Assembly: GCA_976226885.1 (NCBI GenBank)
Contig: OZ320315.1
Coordinates: 53,754,001 to 53,818,000, forward strand
Length of the DNA stretch: 64,000 nucleotides
Reading direction: 5' to 3'
Source of the DNA: Iphione sp. A-MEVVRFRX5
Lineage: Eukaryota
The translations under genes and the position numbers were made by a program. Position 1 is the stretch's first letter. Each line of letters starts with the position of its first letter. Below are positions 63,167 to 64,000 of this stretch, piece after piece. The notes beneath the pieces were generated by a model that was not told where the DNA came from, searched no databases, and worked only from the letters and a program-made list of their open reading frames with translations.

Positions 63167-64000
63167 CAAGGGGTACAGTAGCGGTAAAAGTGGGAGGAGT
63201 TTCTTTGATCTTCGAGCTTGTCTGAGCTGGCACAACTCTGACTGGGGGTTTTGAGTTGATTGACAGTGGTTCCGGGCCTTCCGCTGAGTGCCTCAGGACG
63301 GGTCAGTGTTCATTGTTCGAAGGGGTAGGACTTAGTGGAATGTTGTTGAGTGGTGCTGTGAGTGAAGTGCCCAACCACTCCACCCAGCAACATTCCACCG
63401 ACCCCGACCCCTTCAGACAATGAACACTGACCCTGCCAGAACGCAGTAGGGTGGTAGTGGTTGGGGGGTGAAGATGACAGCAAACTACAAGCAGCTCTAG
63501 GCACTACCTTTTCATTGTTTAAAGGTGGAGTGGCAGGTGGAATGTTGCCATCAGTGGGACGAAAAGGATGAGAGACAGAGAGAGCGTGATCGCTACATGC
63601 ACCATGCACTGCAGCATTTTTTTTATTTTCTCACTTCTTGGACAATCCAAAGAAAAATGATAGTCATTACACCCTGTCAGTGAGACAGCTGTACAGCAAC
63701 AAACAAACCAAATATTAGATAGACTATTAGATAACTATTTTACTAAGCCAGATCAAAGTGACAATTCCTGTTACATTTCAAGCTGACTTGCACTGAAGGT
63801 TGGAAAGTATTCTCTTTACCAACTACATTTATTCCCTGCCCACGTGGTACATATACCACAATACCACATGCCGCACCATGCTTTTCTGTGAATGTGTTCC
63901 GCACTAGTGTGGTATATAGTCAGAGGTGAAATGCATTCCATTTTAACCAGAACTAGAACAGAGGGCTGTAAAATGCCCCCCGATCAGCGCAGTGATACTA

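Overview
This is eukaryotic (animal, probably invertebrate) genomic DNA with spliceosomal introns and one 211-nt assembly gap. It contains no prokaryotic operon, CRISPR array or defence system. Three protein-coding loci are supported. (1) A complete 9-exon NEPRO/RMP64-like gene on the minus strand (CDS 56374->46801, 2187 nt, 728 aa), reconstructed by hand with all GT-AG introns phase-consistent. (2) The first coding exon of ZFPL1 (+, 60573-60674), head-to-head with NEPRO. (3) The last two exons of an unidentified + strand gene (34956-35009, 35060-36436), encoding a long disordered tail that ends in the PDZ-ligand DTRL; its upstream exons are only tentatively located. A 5'-truncated but uninterrupted CR1/L2-group LINE (785-codon RT ORF) ends about 100 nt upstream of that gene's splice acceptor. 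The rest is intron or intergenic DNA with several MITEs (Harbinger-type with TTA TSD; Tc1/mariner-pogo-type with TA TSD), heavily decayed transposon remnants, mini- and microsatellites, a tRNA-like SINE head, and a hammerhead-ribozyme-like core in NEPRO intron 1. Family assignments come from remembered motifs, not database searches. I found no convincing wholly new multi-gene system. The best leads are the LINE/PDZ-tail arrangement, the orphan DTRL protein, the divergent extended NEPRO and the hammerhead-like element.
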